64,000 bases of DNA from Utricularia gibba (lineage: Eukaryota; Plantae; Magnoliophyta). Below the pieces are notes generated by a model. That model was given only the letters and a program-made list of their open reading frames with translations, was not told the origin of the DNA and ran no database searches. The stretch lies in assembly GCA_002189035.1 (NCBI GenBank), contig NEEC01000014.1, forward strand, positions 1,488,001-1,552,000, written 5' to 3'. Below, in pieces: positions 1 through 13,122 of the stretch. Both the position numbers and the translations under genes were made by a program. Within the stretch, counting starts at the first letter, position 1. The number at the start of each line of letters is the position of its first letter.

Positions 1-1615
1 TTCTCGGGCAACCAATAGCGTTATATAGGTGGGTGCCAAAGAAACTAACACAGTCAATTTCTTTGAGATACGAAATTCAATACATTACAACTGACATATC
101 TTTGTATGGCTTATCATGTGTAGTATTTTATTCCTTTTTGTAGCTTAAATTTTAGAATGAAACATCTTGCAGTTTTTACACTTTTGCTGAGATGTCTGAA
201 GTGAAGGAAATTGTTGTAGTGTGTGACCCTTCTTATCAAGATATATTTGAAGGTCTGGAAATTCCATAATGGTGTGTATATACATAATGCTTTCCGAGCT
301 TGCTTTTCTTCTAGATGAAGTGGAATCATTATCCTTGTGTTATTTCAAGGCGCCAAGGAGAATATCCATGTGGATGTGAAATTCGCATTACCTGGAAAGG
401 AGAGGCAGGACTCGGTTTACAGTGGTTTACAGGTGCATAGCTTTCTCTACTAACTGAAAGTTTTGATTTTTTTTTCCCTGATGGTGCAGATCGGCTATAT
501 TCTTTAAAATCAAGCCTTAAAGGTTGCAAATAGTTCCCTTGTAGATTTTCCTCCTCACTTCACATGAGATTATTGCATAAAGCTCAATGATTTCACAACA
601 TATTCTTCTAACATGATGACAGGCAAAATTTTGTGGTTGTTTATTGGAGTCAACCTCTGAATTAGCGTTTAATTTATGATGAACTTTGTGTTTCATAATA
701 TTTCCAACATGTGTGGAAGGCTGTTCTCAGGAAATTGATTCAAATGCTGAGCTAGTTTGTATACATGATTCAGCTAGACCTTTGGTTTCAGCTGGCGATG
801 TCATAAAGGTGTTAGTATCCGACTCTGTAATTTGTAATGATCAACAATTGATTCCACAACCCAAAAACAAAAAAAAAACAAAATAATTGATGTTTTATCA
901 TTTGGACTTTGAACTTGTCCAGGTTCTTCATGATGCTTTGCACATCGGTGCAGCTGTACTCGGAGTTCCTGCCAAGGCTACCATCAAGGAGGTGGAAATG
1001 AAACATAATAAAATCATAGAAAATACTTTTGTGTGATGAAACATAGCAATTCTGAAATGTTTGTGCTTCAGGCAAATAGCGATTCTTTTGTGGTGAAGAC
1101 ACTGGACAGGAAAACACTGTGGGAAATGCAGACTCCACAGGTTCTTTTACATGCACAGCTGTTGAACATGTTGGACCGAGTATACCTTAACTACAATTTA
1201 AACAGGTTATCAAGCCCGGGTTGCTCAAGAAAGGCTTCGAACTTGTAAACAGGTAACTGTATTTGAATACTCCTTTGGCTGTGATGCTTTTCCCAAAAGA
1301 TAATTTCATGCTTCAAAAATCATGCACCAAAAAAATCACATACTTGTCAACTTCGTAGAGAAGGGCTTGAAGTGACTGATGATGTGTCTATAGTGGAGCA
1401 CCTCAAGCATCCTGTCTACATCACTGAAGGATCTTACACTAACATTAAGGTTGTGCGCAGACTTTCTCGCCTGCATCACGTTTGCTGAAACTTCATCGTC
1501 TTCCTGATGTGCTGTAAGGTTTCAATATTGTTTTGTTTTCACACAAATGCAGGTTACAACCCCGGATGATATGTTACTTGCTGAGAGAATACTGAACACA
1601 ACTACTGCTGCATGA
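1..1615 (+). CDS. ISPD: 2-C-methyl-D-erythritol 4-phosphate cytidylyltransferase (MEP pathway), 3' part; the gene starts before the window
   Basis: GT-AG exons (1-28, 173-252, 350-432, 731-808, 923-991, 1072-1140, 1206-1252, 1359-1449, 1553-1615) join to give [143 protein letters not shown], which are IspD signature motifs. Confidence 0.96.
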
Positions 1616-2380
1616 GATTGAAAATGGTGGCTTCTTTTGCTCCTGCCGCGCGTCCCAGGGGAGCTCCTTCCACATTTTTTTTATGTTGCATGGGGCTGCT
1701 GTATCCATGTTGTGTCCATTTACAAGAATCTATCACCTTGTCCACTGATTTTGACACCTTGACAACACTGAAGAAGGGGTCGAAAACTGACTCGAAGCTT
1801 GCAGCATAAAACCACAGAGATACTCACACCAGCAGACAGGCATGGGAACACTGTCATCGTGACTTGACATCATAATTAAATCTGGTCTGAATCCATGCTC
1901 TGAATTGGATATCATGGTTGAAGGTTCACTTACGTGGAGGCTTATATTAACTACTCCTTCTGGAGAGCCTCCCGTTGTATTGTTGGGTGATGAGAAAATT
2001 CAAGAGCAAGGCACCCATTATGTACTTGGGAGTGCAGGGATGGAAACATGTCCCAAGTATCCAAATCCAACGAGTGATTCAGCTCCCATCCCTCTAGAGT
2101 TCGATGATGACTTGAAAGAAAGCTCTACTGCTGCGTTGGTGGCGCATTGTTCAATGATAAGTATGCTTCTCGGCTGTCAACAAAGAAGTATACTTGTCGA
2201 AGGAAAAGAAAGTGTAGCGCAATATGGAATCCAGAAATATGAGTTCCCATGACTCGCATTAAAAAGACACAAGGTAAGATGGTCAGAGTCACATGAAATA
2301 ACAAAAAGAAACAAGCGTGCGGCGTTTACAGAACCATCAACAGGACCAACAAGACTACTAACCAGCACTTGAACTTTGCA

Positions 2381-4564
2381 TCAAGACCTCGATCTCATGG
2401 GCAGCAACCTGGTAGCAGTGAAATAACAACGCACATTTCACAAAGCCAGGCAACGATGGTGTGTGCATTGAAACTGCATGAATTATATTACATTACCATT
2501 GCTAGGCGTTGCTTATCTTGGATGCATCTACCTTCTGTGCCGCCCACCTTCAGGACTCCTGGCCCGATCGTACGAAGGGCCATTGTACCTATCATAGATG
2601 GGGCTTCTGGGACGACCATAATCAGGGCTAGGTCGGTTCCTCCTGTATCCAGGGCTTGGTGATCTCCTATAAGGACTATCTCCACGTCTTCCACTGGGGT
2701 TCCTTCTAGGACTATCATTCCCTCCACCTCTCTCATCATCATCCCTCAAAGCATACTCAACGGAAACGACTCTATCTAATACCTTGCTGCCAAAAAACAA
2801 AAGATTTTTCTAGGAGTCAAATTTGGAAAAAAACTGAATCTGAAGCTCAGAGATAAGTGGAAAGGAAAACAAAGGACGACCTAGGGTGGGTACCCCACAG
2901 GAAAGATGCATATAAAGGCTGGAACTAGCGTACTACGCCCACCGCAAATTACCTCATGTGGGTGCATTCGAGTGCTCTTGTAGCATCATCCTGGGTTTCA
3001 AACTGAACAAATGCAAAATTTCTCCGGATGCGAACATTAAGGACCTTCCCATAAGGTTCAAAGTGGCGCTCTATATCACTAACCCTGGTTCGAACAGGAT
3101 CGAAGTTTATAACAAAGAGGTTTTTGTGGGCCTCTGATTCGCTGCTCTTCCATCTCGATGCCTGCCGCGTTCACCCTGACACAATATTGTTTTAGTAATA
3201 CAGATTAACAGTAGTGAAATATTCAAAATAAATAGGTATACCAGAATAACAAGGCAAACATCAAATTTCTAACCTTTGCCCACTCTACTGATAATCTACG
3301 CCTGTCATACCCAAAAGGCATGTTGTCAAGATTACGAATGGCATCCTCAGCATCACGCTCATCATTGAAGTACACAAATGCAAATCCTGATTGTGAAATA
3401 AATTGAATTAGAATCAAGAATAACATAAAATTTATCAAATAGAAACATCAAATGGACAAAGCAATCAGAATTAAATGGCCAGCTTCACAATAACTCGAGA
3501 AATCAATTTTCCCTGTTCAAGTAAGTAAAATCCTTCACCTGCAAGCATGTGAAGAATCTGATGAAAGTAAGGAGCCAGTAGACCTTGCAATGGGAACTAA
3601 AAAAAGATGACAACGATGGAGACAATTTAAGGACAGAGCACGGTGACAGTTGGGCAGTCAATTCAAGTCAAGCTTCATCTACTCAGACCACAAATTCAGA
3701 AAATGTCTGGCATGGCATGTCAGAGCTCATCATCCGCCTTAAGATTAGTGTGGGCAGGCAATGATGAACCGAAAAATAGATCCTTTAGTTGTTGTTGGCA
3801 TAGCACGATGAACTAGGGTGTATCCATTATCTCTATGTAGGCCACAGCATAATTTCAAAACCAGCATTTAACTCTAGTGAGATGGCAATTTTAATCACTG
3901 AAGAAACTGAAAGGGTGTGATTTTGTGCAAGGCATGTAGAACATTTCCATCTGCAAGTAGGAGTGCATGTAAGCATGTAGATTTCCTTTGCATTATGGAT
4001 TTTAATGTAGAGAAGATGGCAAGCCAAAATAGATCATTATCCCTTAGCAGAAGCTCCTGCGTCAAAATAAACGCTTAAAATACAAATACCAATATGTTCT
4101 GCTAATTAAGTTTTTAAGTCGTCCATTTTTTTTCTTTTCGCATTCCTTCGCAGGACATACATCAGTAAAAAAAAAAGGAACAGCTACCAATCCAAAAAAA
4201 AAAAAGAAAAAGAAAGAAGGCAACGGGAAGTCAAAAAGCAAGCAATCGCAGGAACTTGCGCGCACAACAAGCTTTGACCTTTCTATGTTTTAAACTCCGG
4301 TATCCCTAAATATTTAAGTATAAAGACGTACAATCCTCAAAACATAGATATCCCCGCCGGTTCATTGAGCTTAATTCCATCGAAGAGGAAGCATTGCTAC
4401 CAAACACACATACTAATAAATTACACAAAATCAAATGCAATAACGGCCTATTTACCAGATTTCATGTCAACACGTTCAACTCTTCCGTACTTGGAGAACA
4501 ACTTCTCGAGATCCGATTGTCGAGTCTCGTATTCAAAATTACCGCAGAAAATGGGCCTTGCCAT
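2381..4564 (-). CDS. RS31: RS-subfamily serine/arginine-rich splicing factor with two RRMs (RS31-like)
   Basis: Exons 4564-4456 ([37 protein letters not shown]), 3386-3274 ([37 protein letters not shown]), 3175-2953 (second [22 protein letters not shown]), 2786-2532 (RS/SP-rich domain) and 2408-2381. Has the long first coding intron typical of the subfamily. One apparent 1-bp deletion at ~3119-3125. The exact paralogue (RS31 vs RS40/41) is inferred from length. Confidence 0.93.
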
Positions 4565-4679
4565 CCTTACAGGCGAAGTCGCTTCTCAAGCTGAATAGCG
4601 AGCAAAGAAACCGAATACAAACCCTTGAAACCCGCCGTACTCGGAAGTGAATGCCGATAGAAGGAGCTTTTATGGTTAG

Positions 4680-4745
4680 ATCTTGGGCCACGTACAAATG
4701 AGTTTTAAGCCCAAGGGAGAAGGACTGACATCTACGGCCCATATT
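4680..4745. promoter_or_regulatory. Site II (TGGGCY) element cluster upstream of RS31
   Basis: TGGGCC at 4684-4689, AGCCCA at 4708-4713 and GGCCCA at 4736-4741, just upstream of the RS31 5' end. This is typical of TCP-bound housekeeping promoters. Confidence 0.55.
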
Positions 4746-5226
4746 AATTTACCCAAAACATCAAATCGGCTGTTTCCTTTTTTAGCCACAAATGCAAAAA
4801 TTCGAAAATTACGTGTTAAATTTTAATTAAATAATATTTTTATTAATTCATATAATTTTATAAAGATAAAACTAACATATTACAAATATATCACATTAAT
4901 TATGAATAAAATAAAGAATGCACTTAAATAGAAAAACTCCCCTAATCTTATATGTAATAAAGGAGAGAATGGAAAATCCCACCCTAATTTTTACTTGGAA
5001 CCACACATACTCTTCCAAGTTTAAATTGAATGTTCAGATATTATTTAAATATAACAACCCAGCGTTCTACAGGTTGCCTGCACGTTGAATGGAAGACATG
5101 CCCAGGGGGATGCAAAAAGGAGCAAGAACTAGAGAGAGTGAAAACAGCAGGAGCTCTATGGTGTATATACAAGAAACATGCTCTCAGATCTCCAGGAGAA
5201 TAAATAGTCATCATATCTTCAAAGAA

Positions 5227-8003
5227 TCACTTCAAAACAAACAACGTACTCAATACAAAAATTGAAAGAATGCTTCTTCCCCATAGCACATCAACCCACC
5301 TCCATGGCTCCCTGCGATTCACCACCGCATTCTCATTGGTTATGAGGGAAAAAAGAAATGATGCGGCTACTAAAAAACAGAGCTGGCATGGTATAGTTAT
5401 GGGGGATGCTGAGGCAAGGTAAAGAATAATCAATTTTGAAAAAATATTCAAGCAGCTGTAGTACCAGACATTTCTTCAATAAACAATCTAAGTTCTTGAA
5501 AGCAAAGAATGTATGTTATTTCAAGCAATGCTGGCAACTTCACAACGTATTATGGGATTCAAGAAAGTAGATGTGCAAACCTGTTGAGCCTGATTTCTGG
5601 GATGTAGGTATTTCCGGTAAAGACATCTCTGAAAAATAAAATAGAGAAGATGTTTAGAATAATACCAGATAATATGGTTGTTTAGCTAGCTCAGACGCTG
5701 ATTTTGAAAGAATAAGTGAACTTTTCCACTCGGATTTGCTTCTAAATCTTGAACTCAAATCTAAAGGTAGAAATATGGGGTGCAAAGTAAGAAATACAAT
5801 TACCAGAAGCACATAGAGATATTGTTGTCATTGAGGCTGAGGACGGCCATGGAGCTGCAATGTTGTCTCTTAAGTCACATGTAAAGCTGAACCCCGTTGA
5901 ATTATCATAAACCATATCTGTGGGTAGGCTTCCAAGAAGACACCCTGTAACTATGGGAGGTTAGAAAATAATGAATGGTAAAGCATGACCTGAAATGGAA
6001 AACAATTCAGTTCATTACCTTGCTGTCCATATACTGCACCAGCCAAAGCAAACAAACAGCTCAGATAAGTAGACTTTCACTCTCTCATAAATGAAGTGAA
6101 TCAACAATTGCTTAAATCATCACCTTGAAGGCTGAAGTCTTCTAAGTCGACATCACAAAGCTCGTAGATGTTGGTCATGACACCACCCTTACGCAACATG
6201 GAACCAAGTGTAATTGAACAAATTATTGCCTGCCTGTTAGTTACGAGCATTTGCCTCTGTACCCCTTCCATGTATGTGTTCAATGAGCTGCAGCAGGATG
6301 GACTCGGGGCAGCAATGTTCCGGCAGGCAGAAATTACATCTGATGGCTCTTTCAAATCCAAGGGGCATGCTGCAACAATTAAAGAATGCAATGGTATTGA
6401 TGTATCTTCTCATGTGGTCTCACAACCAGTGCATTTCAGAATAATTAAAAAAGATTTATCAAGATCCAACATCGAAAGTAAATTCCACTGAGCTGTTGCT
6501 GACACATGCTGTAGAATGCAAAAGGTCACGGACACCTACAAATAAAAAACAAATGAACTGATTACGATTATAAGAGATTACATACCCTTGTTCACCTTGC
6601 AGGCTGACAATATACGAAAAGCTGTATTTGTAGAGTCGTGACTTAGCTTCCTAGAGATATATGAATAGACCACCCCCTTGCAATCATTCAGCATTTCAGC
6701 AGGACTGGAAACACTCACTACATCATCATTTCCAAAATTCTGAGTTCCAGATATCTTAAGCATAGCAGTCATAATTGCAGGCTGACACATTGGTCTGCAA
6801 CACTCTTTAAGGGGATCGATATTCCCACATGCCCCCAATAATTCAGTGGTATTGACTAACTTCTCAAAGGTTTCCATATCCTTCACTGGACAGGAGCCAC
6901 CAGTAATGTTAGAAGGTTTTGCACTACAAATGGTTGATATCAAATTGCTGGCTCCCCTACTCGATAATGTACTGACAATATCTTGGAAACAATCATCTGC
7001 AACATCATTTGGTAACGCTAACTTATCAGAGCTCATGCCATAGAGGCCCTGGAATATATGGAGCAAGCTGATAAACTGTGGACAGCAAATCACATCACTT
7101 GCAACCGCAGCTAGGGGATGGTCACAGTCTGATGCTGTTTTCTCCACGACACTAGAAATGGATGAAAAGTTTACAGGGCATCTCCCAGTCAAGATAGGAT
7201 TGTATGTGTTAGGATAGACTGGATACATTGGTGGCAGAGATCCAGCAGGAAGAGAAAAATTAGGAATCACCGATGGAGATACTTCTATTGGTCCAAATGT
7301 ACCACTTCGCTGTGGACTAACTTGGAGTGAAGAAGAATAAATATGATTGGCCCCTGGTGACATTGGCTTTGCTCGGACAATCCGAAATCGACACAGCCAT
7401 ATTACAAAATGAAGAAGTAATAGAAAAAAGTGGCCTGAAATGAAAAAAAAAAAACATGGATTTATACATCAACACTACTTAACAACCATTACTGAAGCAA
7501 TTTGGACTACATCTTAGTCAGTATTATGATTAGACATCCGAAAAAGAAGAAGGAATCATCCAACAAGATTTTAATGAAAAACCCAATCAATATATACTCG
7601 GGAAAAGGCAGTAAAATAAACTTCCATCTCGTTGGCAACAAAAGAAGTGTACAAACCTTTGTTCCACGTATTCTTGTTGACACGTTCCATCGCCCGGCTA
7701 ACCGTCAGACACCATAGAGATATGATATAAGTCCTGAGTACCTATTTGTCACCGTGAGAGATTAACAGAAAACCAGATAAGTCATTGAATGGAGCAGTTA
7801 AATGAAAATAATGTATATGATGTACACCATCAATTCATTCCTGGAGTAAACTAAAACTACCTGCTACCATACAATTGAAACACAGTCACAAACAAATTTA
7901 GTTATCCAGGTTATTGCACATCCGAAGCACAAACTATATGTAAGAGAATGTAAAGTAAAAGGCCAGAGATCATCAAGCTTTCCATACCTCTTTGCACAAG
8001 CAT
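5227..8003 (-). CDS. Uncharacterised GPI-anchored protein, At1g61900-like
   Basis: Exon 8003-7988 (MLVQRG) splices to ~7433 and gives a hydrophobic signal peptide (HFFLLLLHFVIWLCRF). Internal exons contain the family motifs PILTGRCPVNFS, LAAVASDVICCPQF, CKVNK, CPLDLKEPSDVISAC, CCSSLNTY..QRQMLVTNRQAIIC, VYELCDVDLEDFSLQ and GCLLGSLPTDMVYDNSTGFSFTCDLRDNIAAPWP. The hydrophobic tail SILSIFVLSTLFVLK* (stop at 5227) needs +1 G at 5295-5297; without it the stop is at ~5250. The 5'-UTR intron spans 8902-8065. Confidence 0.85.
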
Positions 8004-8309
8004 CAAGCTAAAATGCCAGCAGCCTGTTACAAATTTTTCGATTTTCACGATTCAAGAGTTCCACCTGCAAACCCAGACGAGGCATTACAGTAAGACGAAA
8101 CCAAGAAACACCAGAAATTGAAAATGTGAGACTCCTCCGTCTCTTGGTACGAGCTGGTCATTAAAACACGAATGGTAAAAAGAAATCTCGATAACTTCAA
8201 AACAGCATAGCATTGCAGTATAAATTACACAGAAGAAAATAAAAAGGCAAAGAGATCACTAAAAGAAAATCTGTAACAGTGAAAATTAGAAGCGCAAATA
8301 CATCAAGAA

Positions 8310-8800
8310 AAGCTGATCATTAACCCTTAGAATAAGCTCCTGGGTCAAAAGAGATGCATGAAATACAAAGCCCAAAACTTTCGGCTAATTAAGTTTTTAA
8401 GGTGGTCCATTTTTCTCTTCCCATTCATGCTAATATTAGTAAAAAAGACTAAAAGCAAGCTATCAATCCACACATTGCAAAAGAAAGAAGACAACGGGAA
8501 GTCAAAAAGAAAACAGTAGCAGGAACTCGCACGCACAAGTGTTGACCTTTCTATATTTTCAACTCCGTTAGACATGCATGATCTTCAAAACAAAGATACC
8601 TTCCCCTGGTTAATGCTGCTCAATTCCATCGATGAGAAAACCTTGATACCACACGCAAGTGCGAATAAATTACAAATACTGGCAATAGGGGCATATTTAC
8701 CAGATTTCACGTCGACATGTGCAACTCTTCCGCAATTGGAGATCAACTTCTAGAGATCCGATTGCAGAGTCGCGTGATAAAAAATGACCTCAGAAAAAGA
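8310..8800 (-). pseudogene. Decayed partial duplicate of RS31 coding exon 1 plus proximal intron 1
   Basis: Colinear similarity to ~4025-4555. Identical blocks: GCTAATTAAGTTTTTAAG (4101-4118 / 8384-8401), CAACGGGAAGTCAAAAAG (4221-4238 / 8492-8509) and TATTTACCAGATTTCA (4449-4464 / 8695-8710). The exon copy has no ATG and carries in-frame TGA/TAG stops and an indel, but keeps the TCTG|GTAAAT donor. Confidence 0.88.
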
Positions 8801-9429
8801 ACTTAACACCAAATGTGGAGCAAACCCACAAATGATTCACTGCTTAATGTGGCTCAAAATCATGAAATCCTAAAGCATGAAGAGACTGATAAAATACGAT
8901 ACCTGGAAAAAAAGTGAGGTAAAAGGGGAAACCCTAAAAAAGTTCAGGAAAGTTGAGAAGAAGCTGGAATGTGAATCCACGGAATATCTCAAGAACTGGG
9001 GACTTTTTCCTTCCCTTTCTCTGAGACTCCATCTCTCTCTCCGCCTGGTTGTATTGAATTGGACAGCTGTGTGGCCGGCCCATCGGGTCACTGTCTGTGT
9101 TTTCTGTAATTCAGTCCAACCATATAAAGCCCTTTTATGATGTCCTAAAGCCCAGTTTTACCTGCTACAATCTATACTACAATGATGTTCTGCATATATT
9201 TTTTTAAGTTACTTCTACTTCTATAAACATAAGAATAGAGTTTTATCAAAACAATAAATAATTCACCTTTTTATTTCTTTTAAAATTTTGATTTCTCCTT
9301 CTTCATTCAAATCAGACCTTTAAAATGAGATTTACATCTACTTTTATAATCTCATTTTAACTTCTTCTTATAAATAGTAGATAAATTTACTTTTTTATTC
9401 ATAATTTTCTCAAAACACTATCATAAAAA

Positions 9430-9572
9430 ATGTCATTTTTTAAATATTTTTCTAGACATCTGTAACGATTCATGTAGGTGATTGAAAACATATTTTTAAA
9501 AATATTATATATTCTCTAGATACCTATAATAGTTTTTATAGATGTATAGAAAAAATGTTTAAAAAATGACAT
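9430..9572. mobile_element. MITE-like / foldback AT-rich inverted repeat
   Basis: 9430-9461 (ATGTCATTTTTTAAATATTTTTCTAGACATCT) is the near-perfect reverse complement of 9540-9572. A degenerate direct repeat (CATGTA..AAAACATATTT..AAAAATATT at ~9471 and ~9593) overlaps it. No coding capacity and no clear target-site duplication. Confidence 0.55.
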
Positions 9573-9759
9573 ATTTTATATGTATAACAGTTCATGTAAA
9601 CACTTAAAAACATATTTCCAAAAATATTCACACATGAGTTCGTTGTGGGTGACTAAATAATAGATTTTACATTATTATTAAAATGTTGGGAAGTAAGACT
9701 GAGAACAGCAGGAACAATATGAGATGAAAAAAAAAGGAACTGTTTCATTTGCAAAAAAC

Positions 9760-12412
9760 TCACAAAGAAATGGAAACTGTTTGTGTTGCTGGTTGTACAA
9801 ACTGAGTGGAAGTCGCGTTGTCCGTCCAGTTCTTCTCTCCCCAGTGCCACAACATGCTTTCCCAGAAGCAAAACTTCTCAAAACATTTCTCTAGTCGCGG
9901 ATCCTGTATCTTTATTCTCCAATGGCCGTCGCTGTAGTTCCCCTTCTCGGCTTCGCGTCGATCCCACTCTAATGCAGCCTTCTGCTTCGACCTCAGCAAG
10001 CAGTACTGCTGCAGATTCTCTGGCATTGCATCGTGCACCTTCCACCATGTTCTGTGAGCAACGTCACTTGCAAACTGATGCAGTTCATCCACATTCCAGT
10101 TACAGTCGTAGTCACGGAAGCATAACCATGGTTTCAGGCCGAGGTAGTGGAGCACGTAGAGGACTGGAGGATCAGCTCCAAAAAGATTAACTTTTTTTGC
10201 TTTCACCTCTTCCTCATCACCAACCCAAAAATGCTTCAAGAAGTTCATGTGCTTCGGTATTCGATGCCACCATGTGAAGATTTCGTTGAGGTACCCCTGA
10301 TCACCACCATTGTAGGACTCAATGTCGTTGATGTGATCCATCAGGAGCTGAAATGTGCAGTTTGATGGTTCAATGACCATCACTCCTGAATTGAAGAGTG
10401 TAGCATTATTTCCTGTTGCAGAAATTTCAGGCATCTGAAACAGGAAGTCTATGTTTCTTTGAATCAGCAAGTCTGCATCAATGAATATGATCTTATCATA
10501 ATCTGTCAACTGCCAGAGACGAAACTTGCTATAGTTCCATTCGTTGTAGGCATCACGTTCAGCTTTCGGATTTCGGATTCTCTGTATCGTGTGGATTTTC
10601 CAACCTGCTGCCTCAAGTCCACCCCTGTGATACTCACTTATACTCTCATCCACAAGTATTACAAGATCACGAGATGAACCTGTCATTCGGATGCTTTGAG
10701 CTGCAACAATGGCACCACATACATAGACATGCGCTGTGTGCAAGATGGTCGCATAAGCTTCACGCTGTACATTACCTGAAACCCATTTTTCTGCAAACAA
10801 GGAAAAAATAAAAGCACAAGATCTTCAGCTTTACCAGTCAAAGTACTCGAGGGTAGGTAATTTAAAGTTGTACCTTTGGCCTTCAAAGGAACTGCAAGTT
10901 CACAAGATCCAACTGGTAGCTGCAGCTTTTCTCTTAGATCATGTAAATCAGGCTTATACAACCACACATTCCCTTCTCGCCTGATTAGATCTTTGCAAGT
11001 GAACAGATTTGGAGCTGGGAAACAATCTGTAATAAACAGTACATACACAAGATGATATCCCTTAACCGTTGCTGCAATTCTTGCAGCTTCAAGTTGTAAG
11101 TGTAAACGAGCCACATCTCTTGACCAATTGCTAGAACTCTTCCGACAAGGAAGTTTGATAGCAATGAGGTCCAACCGGGGTTTACCATCGAAGCGAATCT
11201 TCGGCAATGTAGGACAAACTGGAATGTCAAAATCTTCTTCCTCATCTACCCATTCAGGGTACAGTGTTTCCCATGTGACCTCGTTGAGGACCTTATCCAA
11301 GATAAGCAAAGCATGTTCTGCTTCTGGTAATAAATCCTTCCACTGATCAATTTCCTGATCATTAAAGTTCAGAAGACCAATTCGCTTGTTCTCATCATCC
11401 ATCAATTTCTCCAATGCAGAAGAAACATCATCCCAGTTTATTTCAAGAACTGAAGTGTACTGCTGATATCTTCCAAATTTATCCCTTATAAAGTTGCCTC
11501 CAAAAACTGACCTACAATCAAGGTCAGTAAGTTCAGGCAAGAAAGCAACAGAACAAAATTAACCTCCCTTAAGTCACAGGAGATACCTGGAATGGGAAGT
11601 GGAGATATGAAAACTCTCTATTATAAATGGAGAGCATAAGATGGAGATCAATGCTCCTATTGTTATTGTAGCCAACACGAACTTAAAAGTAAATCTAAAC
11701 TTGAATGTCCTGTCAAAACTGGGACCATACAGAGCCTTGTCGCTGTCTTTCCATGTTCTAGCTCTCAGAGATCTTCTTTTGCTGTTGCGATCACTGAATT
11801 TGCAAAACTCATCAAAAGGCTAAAATCGGCTCCTCTAAGAACATGACATCAAAAATAAAATCTTTGCGCCATATGGAGTAAGCAACACGCAATTACTGCA
11901 GCTCACCGCAGTATATACAAACATACACCACTGATCAAATTACACATACTTAATCAAGACAATATCGTTGCCCCCCACCACATGGGTTTTTTTTTCGGTT
12001 TTCTAATGTAGGCCAATTTCCAAGCCTTCCCACAAGTTCAACTCCAAGTTTCGTCCAAATTTTTGAGTTGGTGGAGATACCAACCAATTATAAAAACAAG
12101 GCAATGCATAACATCTGGAGCACCCCCAAAAAAAACCATGGAAGAAGTTACACACAACTCATTGCAAACTCGCAGTTAAACAAGGGAAGCAATACAAACC
12201 AATCAGATCAAGTTTTCTCCAGCACTACTTAAAACACCCAAATGCGAAAAAAAGCATTCTGCAAACAATGCCTGATAACAAGCTTATCCGCAAAATTAAA
12301 AGTAGAAAGACGCCGACATGAATGCAGAGAAAAAGAGAAAGACTCATTGAGGAATTTACTTGCTGAATGAGAGTCGTTGTCTCGACTCAGCAGGAGTAGA
12401 CGACGATCCCAT
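9760..12412 (-). CDS. GUX1: Xylan alpha-glucuronosyltransferase / plant glycogenin-like protein (GT8, GUX1/GUX3 clade)
   Basis: Exon 1 at 12412-12360 (MGSSSTPAESRQRLSFS); exon 2 has a type-II membrane anchor; later exons contain DVARLHLQL, CELAVPL, REAYATILH..YVCGAIVAAQSIRMTGSSRDLVILVD, AYNEWNYSKFRLWQLTDYDKIIFIDADLLI (DxD), FNSGVMVIEPS, GGDQGYLNEIFTWWHRIPKHMNFLK and HYLGLKPWLCFRDYDCNW. The GUX1 vs GUX3 assignment is not resolved. Confidence 0.95.
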
Positions 12413-13122
12413 CACTTAGAATCCACTGAAGCTCTTTTCTTCCCGCAGAAAATTTGCACATGTATACGATACCTACCACCTCCAAGCTTTTCAATGCACG
12501 CGCTCCAGGGAACAAGAAATTGATGATGGTAGACAGGCGTTTGATAAAATATTGAAATTAACTGATTTCATTTTTCATACGTGTTCATTTTTTATTATAA
12601 AAATATTATTTTTTTAATTCCATATAAAAATAAATAATAAAATAATGTTTCACAAATTAGCCGACTTAAATTCAAATATATTAAAATCTCAAATTTTATT
12701 TCTTTTGATAAAACCCTTGATACCGAATTTAGGAGCGGCTTTGTGGGTTTTGAGCACGGAGGAGGAGGTTCCCGGCGTTGGCCGATGTTATGAACGGTCG
12801 GGTTGAGCGGTGAACCGAGCATGGCCTCCGGCTTCATATGCGGTGCGGCGTCTCATCGGAGGCCTCACCTGTAATGCATTTACCGGCGAGGGTTCGGCAA
12901 CTACAGTACAGTCATCGTCCTCCATCGAGTGCTATGGGAAATGCAGGATCTTTTTACATGAATAAGCGTGAAAACAGCAAAGAGTTCCATGCCCTTGAGT
13001 TACCTACTAATGGTTTAGCTACAAGGCATTCCAGACAGCAGTTATATGATTCCTTGCCTCCTAACACACAGCATCTCTGAGACTGCGGCATATCAAAAAC
13101 TTCTGTACCGTACCTGATGCAT

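Noticed and set aside
1620-2370. ORFs 1905-2252 (+), 1733-1915 (-) and 2177-2368 (-), and a 9-bp stem TACTTGGGA/TCCCAAGTA at ~2023-2060
   Set aside because: They lie between the convergent ISPD and RS31 stops (3'-UTR space), show no recognisable family or miRNA sequence, and the stem is too short to be meaningful alone.
11581-11640. Suspected frameshift in GUX exon 2
   Set aside because: Recounting the bases shows the frame is continuous (SPFIIESFHISTSHSR) into exon 3.
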